A stretch of DNA of 64,000 bases from Candidatus Moraniibacteriota bacterium (lineage in GTDB: Bacteria; Patescibacteriota; Minisyncoccia; Moranbacterales; GCA-2747515): assembly GCA_046116545.1 (NCBI GenBank), contig CP175956.1, positions 897,734-961,733 on the forward strand, written 5' to 3'. The notes under the pieces were generated by a model. It did not search any database and was not told the DNA's origin. It saw nothing but the letters and a program-made list of their open reading frames with translations. This document shows, piece after piece, positions 30,760-40,823 of this stretch. Position 1 is the stretch's first letter. Every line of letters begins with the position of its first letter. A program made the translations under genes and the position numbers.

Positions 30760-30833
30760 GGGCGATTAGCTCAGCTGGTTAGAGCGCGTCACTGATAATG
30801 ACGAGGTCCGAGGTTCAAGTCCCCGATCGCCCA
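30760..30833 (+). tRNA. tRNA-Ile(GAT)
   Basis: Anticodon arm cgtca-ctGATaa-tgacg, GGTTCAAGTCC; CCA not encoded. Confidence 0.95.
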
Positions 30834-30838
30834 CATAC

Positions 30839-30868
30839 AAAAACACATCAATTAATTGATGTGTTTTT
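30839..30868. terminator. Bidirectional terminator
   Basis: AAAAACACATCAAT/ATTGATGTGTTTTT. Confidence 0.8.
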
Positions 30869-30886
30869 ATTTGTTTTAACTAATCC

Positions 30887-32356
30887 TTAAAATAATGTTT
30901 CTTTTTCCGGAAAATTGATTGAACGTAATTGCCTCTCATCATTTATAGATGTATTTATAAAAAATAATTCATTCATCTTATGCTTATTAATCACTGTTGT
31001 TTTTACATTTTCTAAATTCATTATTGTATCTGTGATTCTACTTCCTCGATAATCTAATTCTGTTATTTTAATATCACCGTCAACTGTATATATTACATGT
31101 TCATAATTTTTTGAAAAATGAACATTATCAAGTTTTTGCGAAAAACGAACAACTGACTGGGTTTGATCTTCATATCTAACTGGTTGTGCTTCAGTATCCC
31201 TTGTTATGTATATAAATATTTCAAATGGAGAATAAAATAATAATTTCTTACCATCATCAGAAAAATGTGCTCCTATTATATTTGAACCTATTTGCTTTGT
31301 GTATATATTTTTTTCTCCCTTATTATATAGATATAAATTCCCATTATTATCATCCATCACAATCACTCTATGATTATCATAGGCAATCAACCTATAATCA
31401 TTGCCATGCCTACTTATATCAAATGTAGTTATTTTTTCCATATTAGATGCCTCTTTTTTATCTCCTCCATACAACAATTCACCATTCATACTCAATGCAT
31501 ATATGCCATCATCAGCAAAATCATACGCAAAAACATCACTCAAAATAACATCATTTTGCAAGTCTTGTTCTTCTCCATCAAGATCCAACCTATATAAACT
31601 GCCTTTCATCAAAAAATATATAACATTTTTTTCTTCCGGATCCCAACGAACAGATTTCATATCATTAGAATTTATCAGTTCAGAAAGATATTCTGCTTTA
31701 CTTGTTTTCATTGAAGCTATAATGTAATCATTACTTTCTAAGTTTTTGTCTTGCACAATGACTGGAATAATCAATTGATTACTATTAGGAGACCATTCTA
31801 TATTTTCATATACGTTATCTGTAAATATTGTTTTAGGAAATACAAATGAATTTATTGACTTATTTTTCTTTGTATCAAAAACATACGCAATAAGTGTATT
31901 TCCCATTTGACTAGTCATTGCAAATATATTCTCTTGTGGAGCTGGGAAAAAATCATCTATATTTTTTATATCAAATGTTTCTTCTTCATATTCATCTCTC
32001 AATAACAAAATATTCCATAATTCTGTAGATAACCCGCTATGTATATTAATCTTTTTTGACCAAGTCTTAAAATTGTCTAAATTTATTTCTACATCATACT
32101 GCCCAGGTCGCAATCCCGTTATAAAATATGAGTCATTAATTATGTTAACCAGTCTTGATTTTGGTTCTTCTCCATTTAATTTTATATTTACGTCTTTCGG
32201 ATTTGTCTTCAATGTCAACGAACCTGTATATATAAATATCTTATTTTTCACATCATGTCTGTAACCAAACACAAAAAATAACACTATGCTTGTGATTATA
32301 AAATATGACACAAAAAGTGTCCAAAAAAATATTCGTCTAGTTACTGGTGTCTTCAT
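30887..32356 (-). CDS. PEGA-domain membrane-anchored protein with propeller-like C-terminus
   Basis: N-terminal TM, GSLTLKTNP...LRPGQYDVEI...WSKKINI, WSPN and FSDDGKK. Confidence 0.78.
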   Translation of the reverse strand: MKTPVTRRIFFWTLFVSYFIITSIVLFFVFGYRHDVKNKIFIYTGSLTLKTNPKDVNIKLNGEEPKSRLVNIINDSYFITGLRPGQYDVEINLDNFKTWSKKINIHSGLSTELWNILLLRDEYEEETFDIKNIDDFFPAPQENIFAMTSQMGNTLIAYVFDTKKNKSINSFVFPKTIFTDNVYENIEWSPNSNQLIIPVIVQDKNLESNDYIIASMKTSKAEYLSELINSNDMKSVRWDPEEKNVIYFLMKGSLYRLDLDGEEQDLQNDVILSDVFAYDFADDGIYALSMNGELLYGGDKKEASNMEKITTFDISRHGNDYRLIAYDNHRVIVMDDNNGNLYLYNKGEKNIYTKQIGSNIIGAHFSDDGKKLLFYSPFEIFIYITRDTEAQPVRYEDQTQSVVRFSQKLDNVHFSKNYEHVIYTVDGDIKITELDYRGSRITDTIMNLENVKTTVINKHKMNELFFINTSINDERQLRSINFPEKETLF

Positions 32357-32478
32357 TGTAATTTATATATTTAATAACTCCAACTACATAGTATATTATA
32401 CATCATACTACAAATCAAGTATAATGCGATGTGTTATACTTCTATAACAACCAAAAAAATATTAATACAAAAATAAAT

Positions 32479-32943
32479 ATGGATTTTTTTTCAACAAGCT
32501 CACTTTTTACATTCGGCATAATAATTGCAATAGGAATAGCACTAGCACCAATCATTCAAGTTGCTTGGACGTTACGCATATTAATAGCTAGCTATATTTC
32601 ACTTTGCCTTGTAATGCTCATGCCAGATAACTTAATATTTGGAATTCATGCAAACTTGATATATTTTTTTTCTATAGTCATCCTTTTCTCACTAATAGAA
32701 CGAAGTCGTTTTTTTGATGTTGCTAATTGGTCAGTTGGACGCTTTAGTTTTGAAATAATTGGACTTTCCGTTTTAACCACTTTTTTTATAACTTCTATTA
32801 TATGCTTTTTGACCTCATATACATATTTACAAATATTGATACCAAATCCTGAAATATGTACTTTTTTCAATGACTATATATTTTATATAGCTATAGCACC
32901 ATTGATATTTTCTGTATTGTTTTCAAAGAGATTGAGCTATTAG
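32479..32943 (+). CDS. Hypothetical multi-pass membrane protein
   Basis: About 5 hydrophobic segments; likely start MDFF. Confidence 0.65.
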   Translation: MDFFSTSSLFTFGIIIAIGIALAPIIQVAWTLRILIASYISLCLVMLMPDNLIFGIHANLIYFFSIVILFSLIERSRFFDVANWSVGRFSFEIIGLSVLTTFFITSIICFLTSYTYLQILIPNPEICTFFNDYIFYIAIAPLIFSVLFSKRLSY

Positions 32944-32957
32944 AACTTCACAATAAA

Positions 32958-32992
32958 TTAAAAAACACTTCAAATATTGAAGTGTTTTTTAA
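32958..32992. terminator. Bidirectional terminator
   Basis: AAAAAACACTTCAA/TTGAAGTGTTTTT. Confidence 0.8.
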
Positions 32993-33002
32993 TTTATCTG
33001 TG

Positions 33003-33075
33003 TGGGTGTAGAGGGATTTGAACCCCCGACCGTCGGCTTAAAAGGCCGTTGCTCTACCAACTGAGCTATACACCC
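33003..33075 (-). tRNA. tRNA-Lys(TTT)
   Basis: GGGTGTA acceptor, anticodon loop ctTTTaa, GGTTCAAATCC. Confidence 0.95.
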
Positions 33076-33168
33076 AAAAAATTGATACTTGTAAATGAAT
33101 TTAATCTATATTTTAAAATTCACAACAATATTGATTATATAGAAAAAAAATACTTATGTCAACATATC

Positions 33169-34566
33169 CTAAATAGCTTCTACAACTTTTTTAAATTGAT
33201 TTCCCCTATCAAATTCATTTGCAAAAATTCCAAAACTTGCTGCGCCTGGTGATAATAATACAACGTCTCCAACATCAGCTCCCAAAGATGCAACTTCAAC
33301 AGCTTTATCCATTGAATCAACTATTTCAAATGACATTTTTTCTCCATCAATCTCAATATCTTTTTTTATAAGTCTAATTATCTTATCTGTTGCAGTTCCT
33401 TTTATAAAAACTACACCTTTAACCCCAGCAACTATTGATTTAGCAAAATCCGCATATTTTAGATTTTTATCAACACCTCCTGCAATTAATATTATATCCT
33501 CATCAAAAGAATTTATGGCAGCTATTGCAGAATGTGGATTTGTAGCTGCTGTATCATTAAAATATTTTACACCTTTTTTGTCTGCGACAAACTCTAATCT
33601 ATGAGCAACACCTCGAAAACTCTTCACGGCTGATATTATTTTATTATTTGGAATTCCATACGCTAATGTTGCTCCTATTGCACACATCACGTTATTAATA
33701 TTATGTCTACCTCTTAGTGGAGAATCTTTGACAAACATTGCACACTCTATATCTATCCCATCATTTATAAAAATTTCATCATCTTCACAAAATACACTGC
33801 GACCATTTGAAACATGTTCATTTGCAACTGTTATAACATTACCTTTTGATTCACAACACATCAATTTTACGGTCTCATCGTCTTGATTACATATAAACCA
33901 ATCACTCGGCTTTTGATGTATGAATATATTTTTTTTATCAAGTAAATATTCATCCATAGTACGATAGTAATTCATGTGATCTGGAAAGAAGTTTGTAAAC
34001 ACACCTATTTGTGGGCTCATCTTTGCATTTGTAAGTCCTGATAATCTCCAACTAGATAATTCAAATACAACAACAGAGTTTTTTTTGAGAACTTTTAATC
34101 TATCTAACACTGGCATCTGACCAATTCCAATTTTAATAGGATTCTTACCTGCTTTTTTTAATATATGATAAATAAGATGTGAGGTTGTAGTCTTTCCTTT
34201 TGTACCTGTTATACCTATAATTTTATTTTTGCATAACTTAAAAAATAAACTAGAATCAACTTCTACTGGAATATTATTTTGAAGTGCTAATTTAATATGT
34301 TTATTTGTCCAAGGCGCTTGAGGTGTTTTTATAACCATATCAACTTTTGTAAAATCCTCTTGTCTATGTTGACCTAGTACATATTCAATATTTTTCAAAT
34401 CTTTCAATTGCTCAAGTGAATGCGATAATTGTTTTCTAGTTTTTATGTCAGTAGCAATTACCTTAGCTCCATTTTCAACTAAAAATCGAATGGTTCCTAC
34501 TCCACCACCCAAAAGACCTATACCAAAAACAGTAACTCGTTTTCCCTTAAACCATTTTAAATCCAT
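33169..34566 (-). CDS. murD: UDP-MurNAc-L-Ala--D-Glu ligase
   Basis: GITGTKGKTTT, ELSSWRL, DHMNYY, HRLE, VLLSPGAASF...RG. Confidence 0.95.
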   Translation of the reverse strand: MDLKWFKGKRVTVFGIGLLGGGVGTIRFLVENGAKVIATDIKTRKQLSHSLEQLKDLKNIEYVLGQHRQEDFTKVDMVIKTPQAPWTNKHIKLALQNNIPVEVDSSLFFKLCKNKIIGITGTKGKTTTSHLIYHILKKAGKNPIKIGIGQMPVLDRLKVLKKNSVVVFELSSWRLSGLTNAKMSPQIGVFTNFFPDHMNYYRTMDEYLLDKKNIFIHQKPSDWFICNQDDETVKLMCCESKGNVITVANEHVSNGRSVFCEDDEIFINDGIDIECAMFVKDSPLRGRHNINNVMCAIGATLAYGIPNNKIISAVKSFRGVAHRLEFVADKKGVKYFNDTAATNPHSAIAAINSFDEDIILIAGGVDKNLKYADFAKSIVAGVKGVVFIKGTATDKIIRLIKKDIEIDGEKMSFEIVDSMDKAVEVASLGADVGDVVLLSPGAASFGIFANEFDRGNQFKKVVEAI

Positions 34567-34576
34567 AATATAAATA

Positions 34577-36121
34577 TTACCCCTTAATAACCTTACCCGC
34601 TCTTACTCCATTATATTTACCATACTTTATGACTACTTGTCCATTAATTATCATGTTTTGCAAACCTGTTGCATACTGATATGGATTTTCAATTGTTGCA
34701 TTATCTTCAAAATCTTCAATACTAAAAATATTAATATCTGCAATATACCCTTCTTTTATCAAGCCTCTTCCATCAATTCCCAATTCATCAACAATCTTCC
34801 CTGTTGATTTATATACTATAGTTTCCGCATTTAACTCATCATCCATGAAGTCATCAAATATTTTTGGAAATGCTCCAAATGATCTAGGATGTTCCAAACC
34901 ATAATTTCTTTTTTCTATAGTATAACCAACACCATTAGTTGAAATTACAGAACTCTCACTATTAATTCCTCTTTTTATATTTTCGGGGCTTACACTTTCT
35001 AAAAATATATTCACCTGACCATCTGATGCAAGTAATACATCTATAACAGCATTGGGTATAGAACTATTTTGAGTCTTTGCAATTTTTCTAAATGTTTTCC
35101 CACAAAAATAATCTGATCTAAGTGTATGCGCTACAACCGCATTTGACAAATCAATTCCATTCTCCATTTCACTCACAACCCTTTCTCTCAATTTTTTATT
35201 ACGCAATCTCTCAAGTAACATCCTCCTGCCACCATCACTAATCCAATCAGGGAGTAATGTGTATAAAACAGTAACTGAAAAAGTGTATGGATAGATATCA
35301 AATACAATACCTTCATTTTCAAGCATCTCAATTGCAATTTTCATATCTGACCAATTATCTTTTTTCGTAGCTTTAAGGTGTGATACATGCATCTTAGCAC
35401 CTGATTCCTTTTTTATATTAATTATTTCTTCAATTGATTTCAATAAGTTTTCCCCTTCATTTCTCAAATGTGCTACAAATATTTTTTTATTTTTTGCAAC
35501 TATTTTAGCAACATCAATCAACTCTTCCATTTTTATATCTCGCTCATGCGAATAGATCATTCCAGTTGAAACACCTAAAGCTCCATGTTTCAAGCTTTCT
35601 GTTATATGCTTTTCTATAGATACTTTTTCATTTTCTGTTAATTCTCTATTTTCATCGCCAATAAGTCCACGTCGCAAAGTTCCATAACCTACAAATGTCC
35701 CAAAGTTAACAGACAATTTATGATTATCCACAACATCCAAAAAATCTGATACTGATTGCCAATCAACATTTACACTTCCAATGTCAGTCCATTTACGTGA
35801 TGACTTAAGCATATCTTCATTATATATAGGAGCTAATGATGTACCTGAATTTCCACCTATAATAGTCGTAACTCCTTGATATAACATACTCTCAAGTCCC
35901 GGATCTTTAAAAAGTCTCCATCTAGTATCGGATCTATTTGAAATATCTATAAACCCTGGAGTAACCACAAGTCCATGGGCATCAATTACTTCATGTGCAC
36001 CGTCTCCAGACATATCACCAATTTCTGTTATAACTCCATCATTAATAGCAACATCTGACTCATATTTTTTATTTCCTGTACCATCTATAATAGTACCATT
36101 TTTTATTAAAATATCATGCAT
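34577..36121 (-). CDS. N-acyl-D-amino-acid deacylase-like amidohydrolase with degenerate active site
   Basis: IKNGTIIDGTG, PGFID, QGVTT, HPRSFGAFP, GYIADI. Confidence 0.85.
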   Translation of the reverse strand: MHDILIKNGTIIDGTGNKKYESDVAINDGVITEIGDMSGDGAHEVIDAHGLVVTPGFIDISNRSDTRWRLFKDPGLESMLYQGVTTIIGGNSGTSLAPIYNEDMLKSSRKWTDIGSVNVDWQSVSDFLDVVDNHKLSVNFGTFVGYGTLRRGLIGDENRELTENEKVSIEKHITESLKHGALGVSTGMIYSHERDIKMEELIDVAKIVAKNKKIFVAHLRNEGENLLKSIEEIINIKKESGAKMHVSHLKATKKDNWSDMKIAIEMLENEGIVFDIYPYTFSVTVLYTLLPDWISDGGRRMLLERLRNKKLRERVVSEMENGIDLSNAVVAHTLRSDYFCGKTFRKIAKTQNSSIPNAVIDVLLASDGQVNIFLESVSPENIKRGINSESSVISTNGVGYTIEKRNYGLEHPRSFGAFPKIFDDFMDDELNAETIVYKSTGKIVDELGIDGRGLIKEGYIADINIFSIEDFEDNATIENPYQYATGLQNMIINGQVVIKYGKYNGVRAGKVIKG

Positions 36122-36134
36122 AATTTTATTTTTA

Positions 36135-36833
36135 TTAAAATGAAATATTGAAAAATATTCCCCACAGACTTGTAAGAAGATGACTGAATGGAATAGAAAA
36201 AATTGGCAACATTAACAGTGCTAATATGATAAAAAATCCCCATTGCTCCAAAAACATTTGTATTTGAGGCCTGACATTAAAAACTGTAAATATCAACTTT
36301 GACCCATCCAAAGGAGGAATCGGCAATAAATTAAATGTTCCTAAAAGAACATTCCAAAAAATAATCATGACGAAAATTGTATACACGATAGCCCAAGGAG
36401 CACCTGTGACAATTTGTGACATTGATTCCCAATTTGTACTCATCATGCTATACACAATTGCTTGTTTTTGAGCTATTGCAACAGGTACAAAATATGCAAT
36501 TACAGCAGCAAAAAATGCCAGTATAAAGTTTATTGTCGGACCAGCAAAAGCAACTGCTACCTGACCCCATTTTTGCCATCTTAAATTATATGGATTATAA
36601 GGCACTGGCTTTGCCCACCCAAATGCAAATCCCGTCATCATAATCATAACAAGCGGTAAAATAATAGAACCTATCGGATCAATGTGTCGAATTGGTTCAA
36701 GAGACAATCTACCTGCATACTTAGCTGTTTTATCACCCAACCATAAAGCCACAACTCCATGAGACACTTCATGAAATATAATACTATAAACTAATGTAAT
36801 TAAATAAAAAGCTATTAAAATTGCTTGTTCCAT
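36135..36833 (-). CDS. Site-2 protease family protein (M50, YwhC-like)
   Basis: HEVSH, GDKTAKYAGRL, FGWAKPVP, FNLLPIPPLDGS. Confidence 0.92.
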   Translation of the reverse strand: MEQAILIAFYLITLVYSIIFHEVSHGVVALWLGDKTAKYAGRLSLEPIRHIDPIGSIILPLVMIMMTGFAFGWAKPVPYNPYNLRWQKWGQVAVAFAGPTINFILAFFAAVIAYFVPVAIAQKQAIVYSMMSTNWESMSQIVTGAPWAIVYTIFVMIIFWNVLLGTFNLLPIPPLDGSKLIFTVFNVRPQIQMFLEQWGFFIILALLMLPIFSIPFSHLLTSLWGIFFNISF

Positions 36834-36895
36834 AAAATAAAAATTCTAATCAATATAACTATTATTATATACCATATTTTCTATATTGAAAAATG

Positions 36896-36928
36896 AAAAC
36901 CCACATATAATTTTATATGTGGGTTTTT
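36896..36928 (-). terminator. Terminator closing the leu islet
   Basis: AAAACCCACATATAA/TTATATGTGGGTTTT. Confidence 0.8.
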
Positions 36929-36951
36929 ATGTGATTAAGCTTTAACCACAA

Positions 36952-37077
36952 TCAATATTCATCTTCATCATACGGAAAATTTCGAATTATTTCAAAACCT
37001 TCCAATATTTCTTCTTTACTAAGAATATTAGAACCATTCACTTCAGGTTCCATATCGTCAACAGTTTCTTCTTTCAT
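36952..37077 (-). CDS. Small acidic protein (41 aa), not in ORF track
   Basis: AAGGAGG SD; MKEETVDDMEPEVNGSNILSKEEILEGFEIIRNFPYDEDEY. Confidence 0.6.
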   Translation of the reverse strand: MKEETVDDMEPEVNGSNILSKEEILEGFEIIRNFPYDEDEY

Positions 37078-37100
37078 GTAAATCCTCCTTAATCAACTTC

Positions 37101-38270
37101 TTAGAGATTTTTACAAATCATTTCCCCCATTTCTTTTGTGCCAACAATTTTACTCCCACTAGTTGCAAAATCTTTTGTTGCATAACCTTGTTGCAATGTT
37201 TTTGTCACTGCATTAGTTATAGCTGTAGCACCGTTAGGCATTTGCTTATGCTCAAGCATCATGCCTGCAGTCCAGATTCTACCAAGTGGATTAATCAGGT
37301 CCTTGCCCGCTATATCTACAGCAGTACCAGCACCTGACTCAAACATAGCAACGCCATTATCTGGGTTAATAGCAGATGAACACATAAGTCCCATTCCACC
37401 AAAAATCTCCGCAGCACCATCCGACAAAATATCACCATGCTCATTGCCACAAGCTATAACACCATGTAATTTCGACGGATGCGGGAGCAATGCATTTGCA
37501 GAATCAACAAGCTGATGTCTGAGTTCTACATCAGGAAACTCACTATCATGAATATCATCACAAAGTAATCGCCAAAATTTATAGCGCGCCATGACATTTG
37601 CTTTGTCAACAGAAATCAAAGGCAGATTTCTATCTTTTGCATACTGAAATGCATATCGCAAATATTTTTCAATATTTTTACGAGTATAGTATGCGAATTC
37701 GATAATTTGCCTTTCTTGACCATTTACTTCGTCAATTGTGCAAACACCAATATTCTTCAACAAATGATAAAAAGCTTTACTTCTTTGAAGTATCATTTTC
37801 ATTACATTCGATGTACCAAAATAACTATCCTCTAGCAAATAACGAATATAATGCTGTTGACAACCGTCCTCAGGTAAATATTCAGCTTTCAAAGGTGATA
37901 AATGATTAAATGCCTTGTTAAAAAGCATCGGACGAAAATTAAGAAGTAAACCCCAATTTTCTCTTATACCCAAAAGACATCTTGCTTCGGGTCTCATCTT
38001 TGGATACTGGGTTCCGATTGTTTTATCAATCTCAGGATCACCAACTCCTCCAAAGAACAACGTTCCAATTTGAGTTGCTGTCTTAAATGATTCTTTAGGA
38101 AACGTATCTCCAAAATCACCATAAGCCTTCCAACCCATTGGAGTCTCTGGAAAACTAAGGTCTACATCATCTTTCTTTGCAGCTTCTACCGCAATCATGC
38201 AAGCAACTTCCATCGCTTCTGGCGCAGCACCATCACCTCTTACAAGTGCAATTTCTTCTTTTTGCATCAA
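37101..38270 (-). CDS. leuB: 3-isopropylmalate dehydrogenase-family enzyme
   Basis: GDGAAPE, LFFGGVG, SVDKANV, NEHGDILSD, FESGAGTAVDIAGK, NPLG. Confidence 0.85.
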   Translation of the reverse strand: MMQKEEIALVRGDGAAPEAMEVACMIAVEAAKKDDVDLSFPETPMGWKAYGDFGDTFPKESFKTATQIGTLFFGGVGDPEIDKTIGTQYPKMRPEARCLLGIRENWGLLLNFRPMLFNKAFNHLSPLKAEYLPEDGCQQHYIRYLLEDSYFGTSNVMKMILQRSKAFYHLLKNIGVCTIDEVNGQERQIIEFAYYTRKNIEKYLRYAFQYAKDRNLPLISVDKANVMARYKFWRLLCDDIHDSEFPDVELRHQLVDSANALLPHPSKLHGVIACGNEHGDILSDGAAEIFGGMGLMCSSAINPDNGVAMFESGAGTAVDIAGKDLINPLGRIWTAGMMLEHKQMPNGATAITNAVTKTLQQGYATKDFATSGSKIVGTKEMGEMICKNL

Positions 38271-40208
38271 TCTTCCTCCTTAGAGTTAAGCTTAGCAGCT
38301 AATTCAATCATCATACCCATACTACCACCAGCATCAATTAATTTTTTCTGCTGATTAGTAAGTGAAAAAGAGACAATCTCTTCTTTTGTATGTTTTGTTG
38401 AAATAATACCCTTATTAACATCAATATCAAGAACATCTACAAAACATTTATCTATTATTTTGTCTATATCCTCCTGGGACATCGTGATACAAAGCATTCC
38501 ATTGTTAAACATACTTGTTTCAAAAATCCTTGCAAAACTTGGTGCAATCACCGTATTTATTCCAGACTCACGAAAAGCATACACAGCATGTTCACGAGAA
38601 GATCCACAACCAAAATTTTTACCAGATATAAGTACACCGGCAGGTCCTAATTGAGCCTTTTGAGAATCTGTTAACCCAGCATCTTCTAAACAATGCTCAC
38701 CGAAAACAGAAAGTTCTACTTTGGTTAAATACCTAGCCGGAATGATTTGGTCTGTATCCACATTTTCTTTTGGTAAATGAAAAATCATTCCCCCAAATGT
38801 TAACTTTGAACCACCATCATTACTTACTAATGATTTATAATCGATTTCATCAAACGATTTATAAACCAATTCCACAGGCTTTGCAACATTATCAAATGCC
38901 CAATCTTGATACAAAGAATCCAGCAGCTCTTCGCCTGGCACATCTATATATCCCATAATAGCAGTAATTGCTGCAACAGCTGGTGAAGCTAAATGTACCA
39001 TAGCATTTTTCCCCATCCTTCCTGGAAAATTTCTGTTTGTAGTTGAAACACAAACTTCATCTGGCGCCAAAACACCATTACTCATACCAAGACAAGCGCC
39101 ACAGGTTGGACCACTCATATAGCAGTTGGCTTCACTGAGAATTTTAAATATTCCCTCTTCCACCATTTGCTGTTGCACTCTTTGAGTTGTTGGAGTAATT
39201 ATACATCGCACTCCATCACATACCATTGCACCAGTTTGTTGAAAAATATGAGCCACAATACGGAAATCCTCAATGCGTCCATTTGTACATGAACCAATAT
39301 AAACTTGATCAACCTTTTTACCTCTCAAGTTACTAACATTAATCCCCTCATCAGGACTATATCCATCAGTAATCATTGGTTGCATATCAGTCACATCAAT
39401 CGTAACCGTTTTAGCATACTCACAATCATCATCACTATTAAATCTTGATAAATCAAGTAAAGCACTCTCCTTGTCATCATAATTTTCAGAAATAATAGGC
39501 CATAGGTAATTAATGGTATTTTCATCAACCATCATCATGCCAGACGTAGCGCCTGCTTCAACTGACATGTTCGTAATAGTCATACGTTGTTCCATGTTCA
39601 TCTCATCGATGACATTACCACCAAATTCCAAAATTGCATTAGTAGCACCATTTGTTTTAATGGTAGCTAGTAATTGCAAAATCATATCTTTGGAAAAAAC
39701 ATTTTTAGACAATTTGCCTACAAAGTTAACACGAATTACCTCTTGTTTACCAATTGCAACGTTTCCCGTAATTAAGCCTGATTCCAAATCAGTTGTACCA
39801 ACTCCAAAAGAAAGTGTACAAAAAGCACCGTGAGTACAGGTATGAGAATCACCCATAATCCCCACATCTCCAGGTAGAACCAATCCATATTCTGGAATAA
39901 GTGCATGACAAACTCCATTTTCTCCAATATCAAACATTCTGATGTCATGCTTTTTTGCAAAAGTCCGCATTATCCTGCCTTGAATTGCAGTATCCGAATC
40001 TTTTGCAGGACTAACATGATCAATCATGAAGAAGACTTTATTTGGATTAAATATCTTGTCCTATCCGCGTTTTTCCATGTCTAAAATTGCGATTGGGGTA
40101 GTAATTTCATGACACCAAACCCTATCACAACTCAATCACATATTTACCATCAAAAACAGTTACATGATTTTTTACAGCAATTTTCTGATACGCTGTTTGT
40201 CCACTCAT
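38267..40208 (-). pseudogene. leuC: Fused isopropylmalate dehydratase large+small subunit (LeuC-LeuD) with 5' frameshift and nonsense codon
   Basis: SD+ATG 40208 (MSGQTAYQKI), frameshift near 40135, then DRVWCHEITTP, TAG at 40061-63, DH, DSHT, GSCTNGR, CGACLG, and in-frame LeuD NVDTDQIIPA, NFGCGSSREHA. Confidence 0.85.
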
Positions 40209-40342
40209 TCCAAACCTCCGTTTTTGTATTTTTTGCCAATTTGTAAATGTGCAAAACTAAAAAAGATTAACTCTACACGGTTAATCCATAGCTTATTTAT
40301 AGCAAATGATGTTGTCTAGGTCAAACATCCTAATCAAACAAA

Positions 40343-40387
40343 AAACCACCAGCAAGATATATTAATCTTTTTTAAAGCTGGTGGTTT
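40343..40387 (-). terminator. Intrinsic terminator
   Basis: AAACCACCAGC/GCTGGTGGTTT arms with T-run on minus strand. Confidence 0.6.
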
Positions 40388-40447
40388 AGATAAGTATTTC
40401 TTCCATTTTTTCTCCTATGATTGTTTTATAATCTTTCTTTTAAAAAA

Positions 40448-40591
40448 TTATAAATGTTCTTGTTCCGAATCCTGTGATACTTTATTATAAAGATCACAAT
40501 ATTCTTTTATCAATTCTACTCGTTGCTGAGTGGTCAATCTCCAATAAATTGGAGATAACATTAAAACGCTTATTGCTTCTCTTTTTCCCAT
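40448..40591 (-). CDS. Small protein (47 aa), not in ORF track
   Basis: AAGGAGG SD; MGKREAISVLMLSPIYWRLTTQQRVELIKEYCDLYNKVSQDSEQEHL; upstream TTGACA-17-TATAGT at 40806-40778. Confidence 0.65.
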   Translation of the reverse strand: MGKREAISVLMLSPIYWRLTTQQRVELIKEYCDLYNKVSQDSEQEHL

Positions 40592-40823
40592 GACATCCTC
40601 CTTTTTTTATTTAGAGAACAACTCTTCTATGAAAAATTAAAAACAAAAGACAATTTCTACAAACAGAAATTGTCTTTTATTTTCAAATAACATTCAGATT
40701 TTTGAATGAAATTATCATATTTAAATTGTATGTTAATGCTTTGATACATTTTTTTATTTTTATTTTCCTACACCAATACTATATCATACTTTTTATGATT
40801 TGTCAATATCAAAAAATTCACCC

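Noticed and set aside
40061-40063. TAG recoding suggested by in-frame TAGs (leuC, 42475, ~60920)
   Set aside because: TAG terminates conserved genes at their normal ends (atpC, murD, ispH), and leuC also has a frameshift
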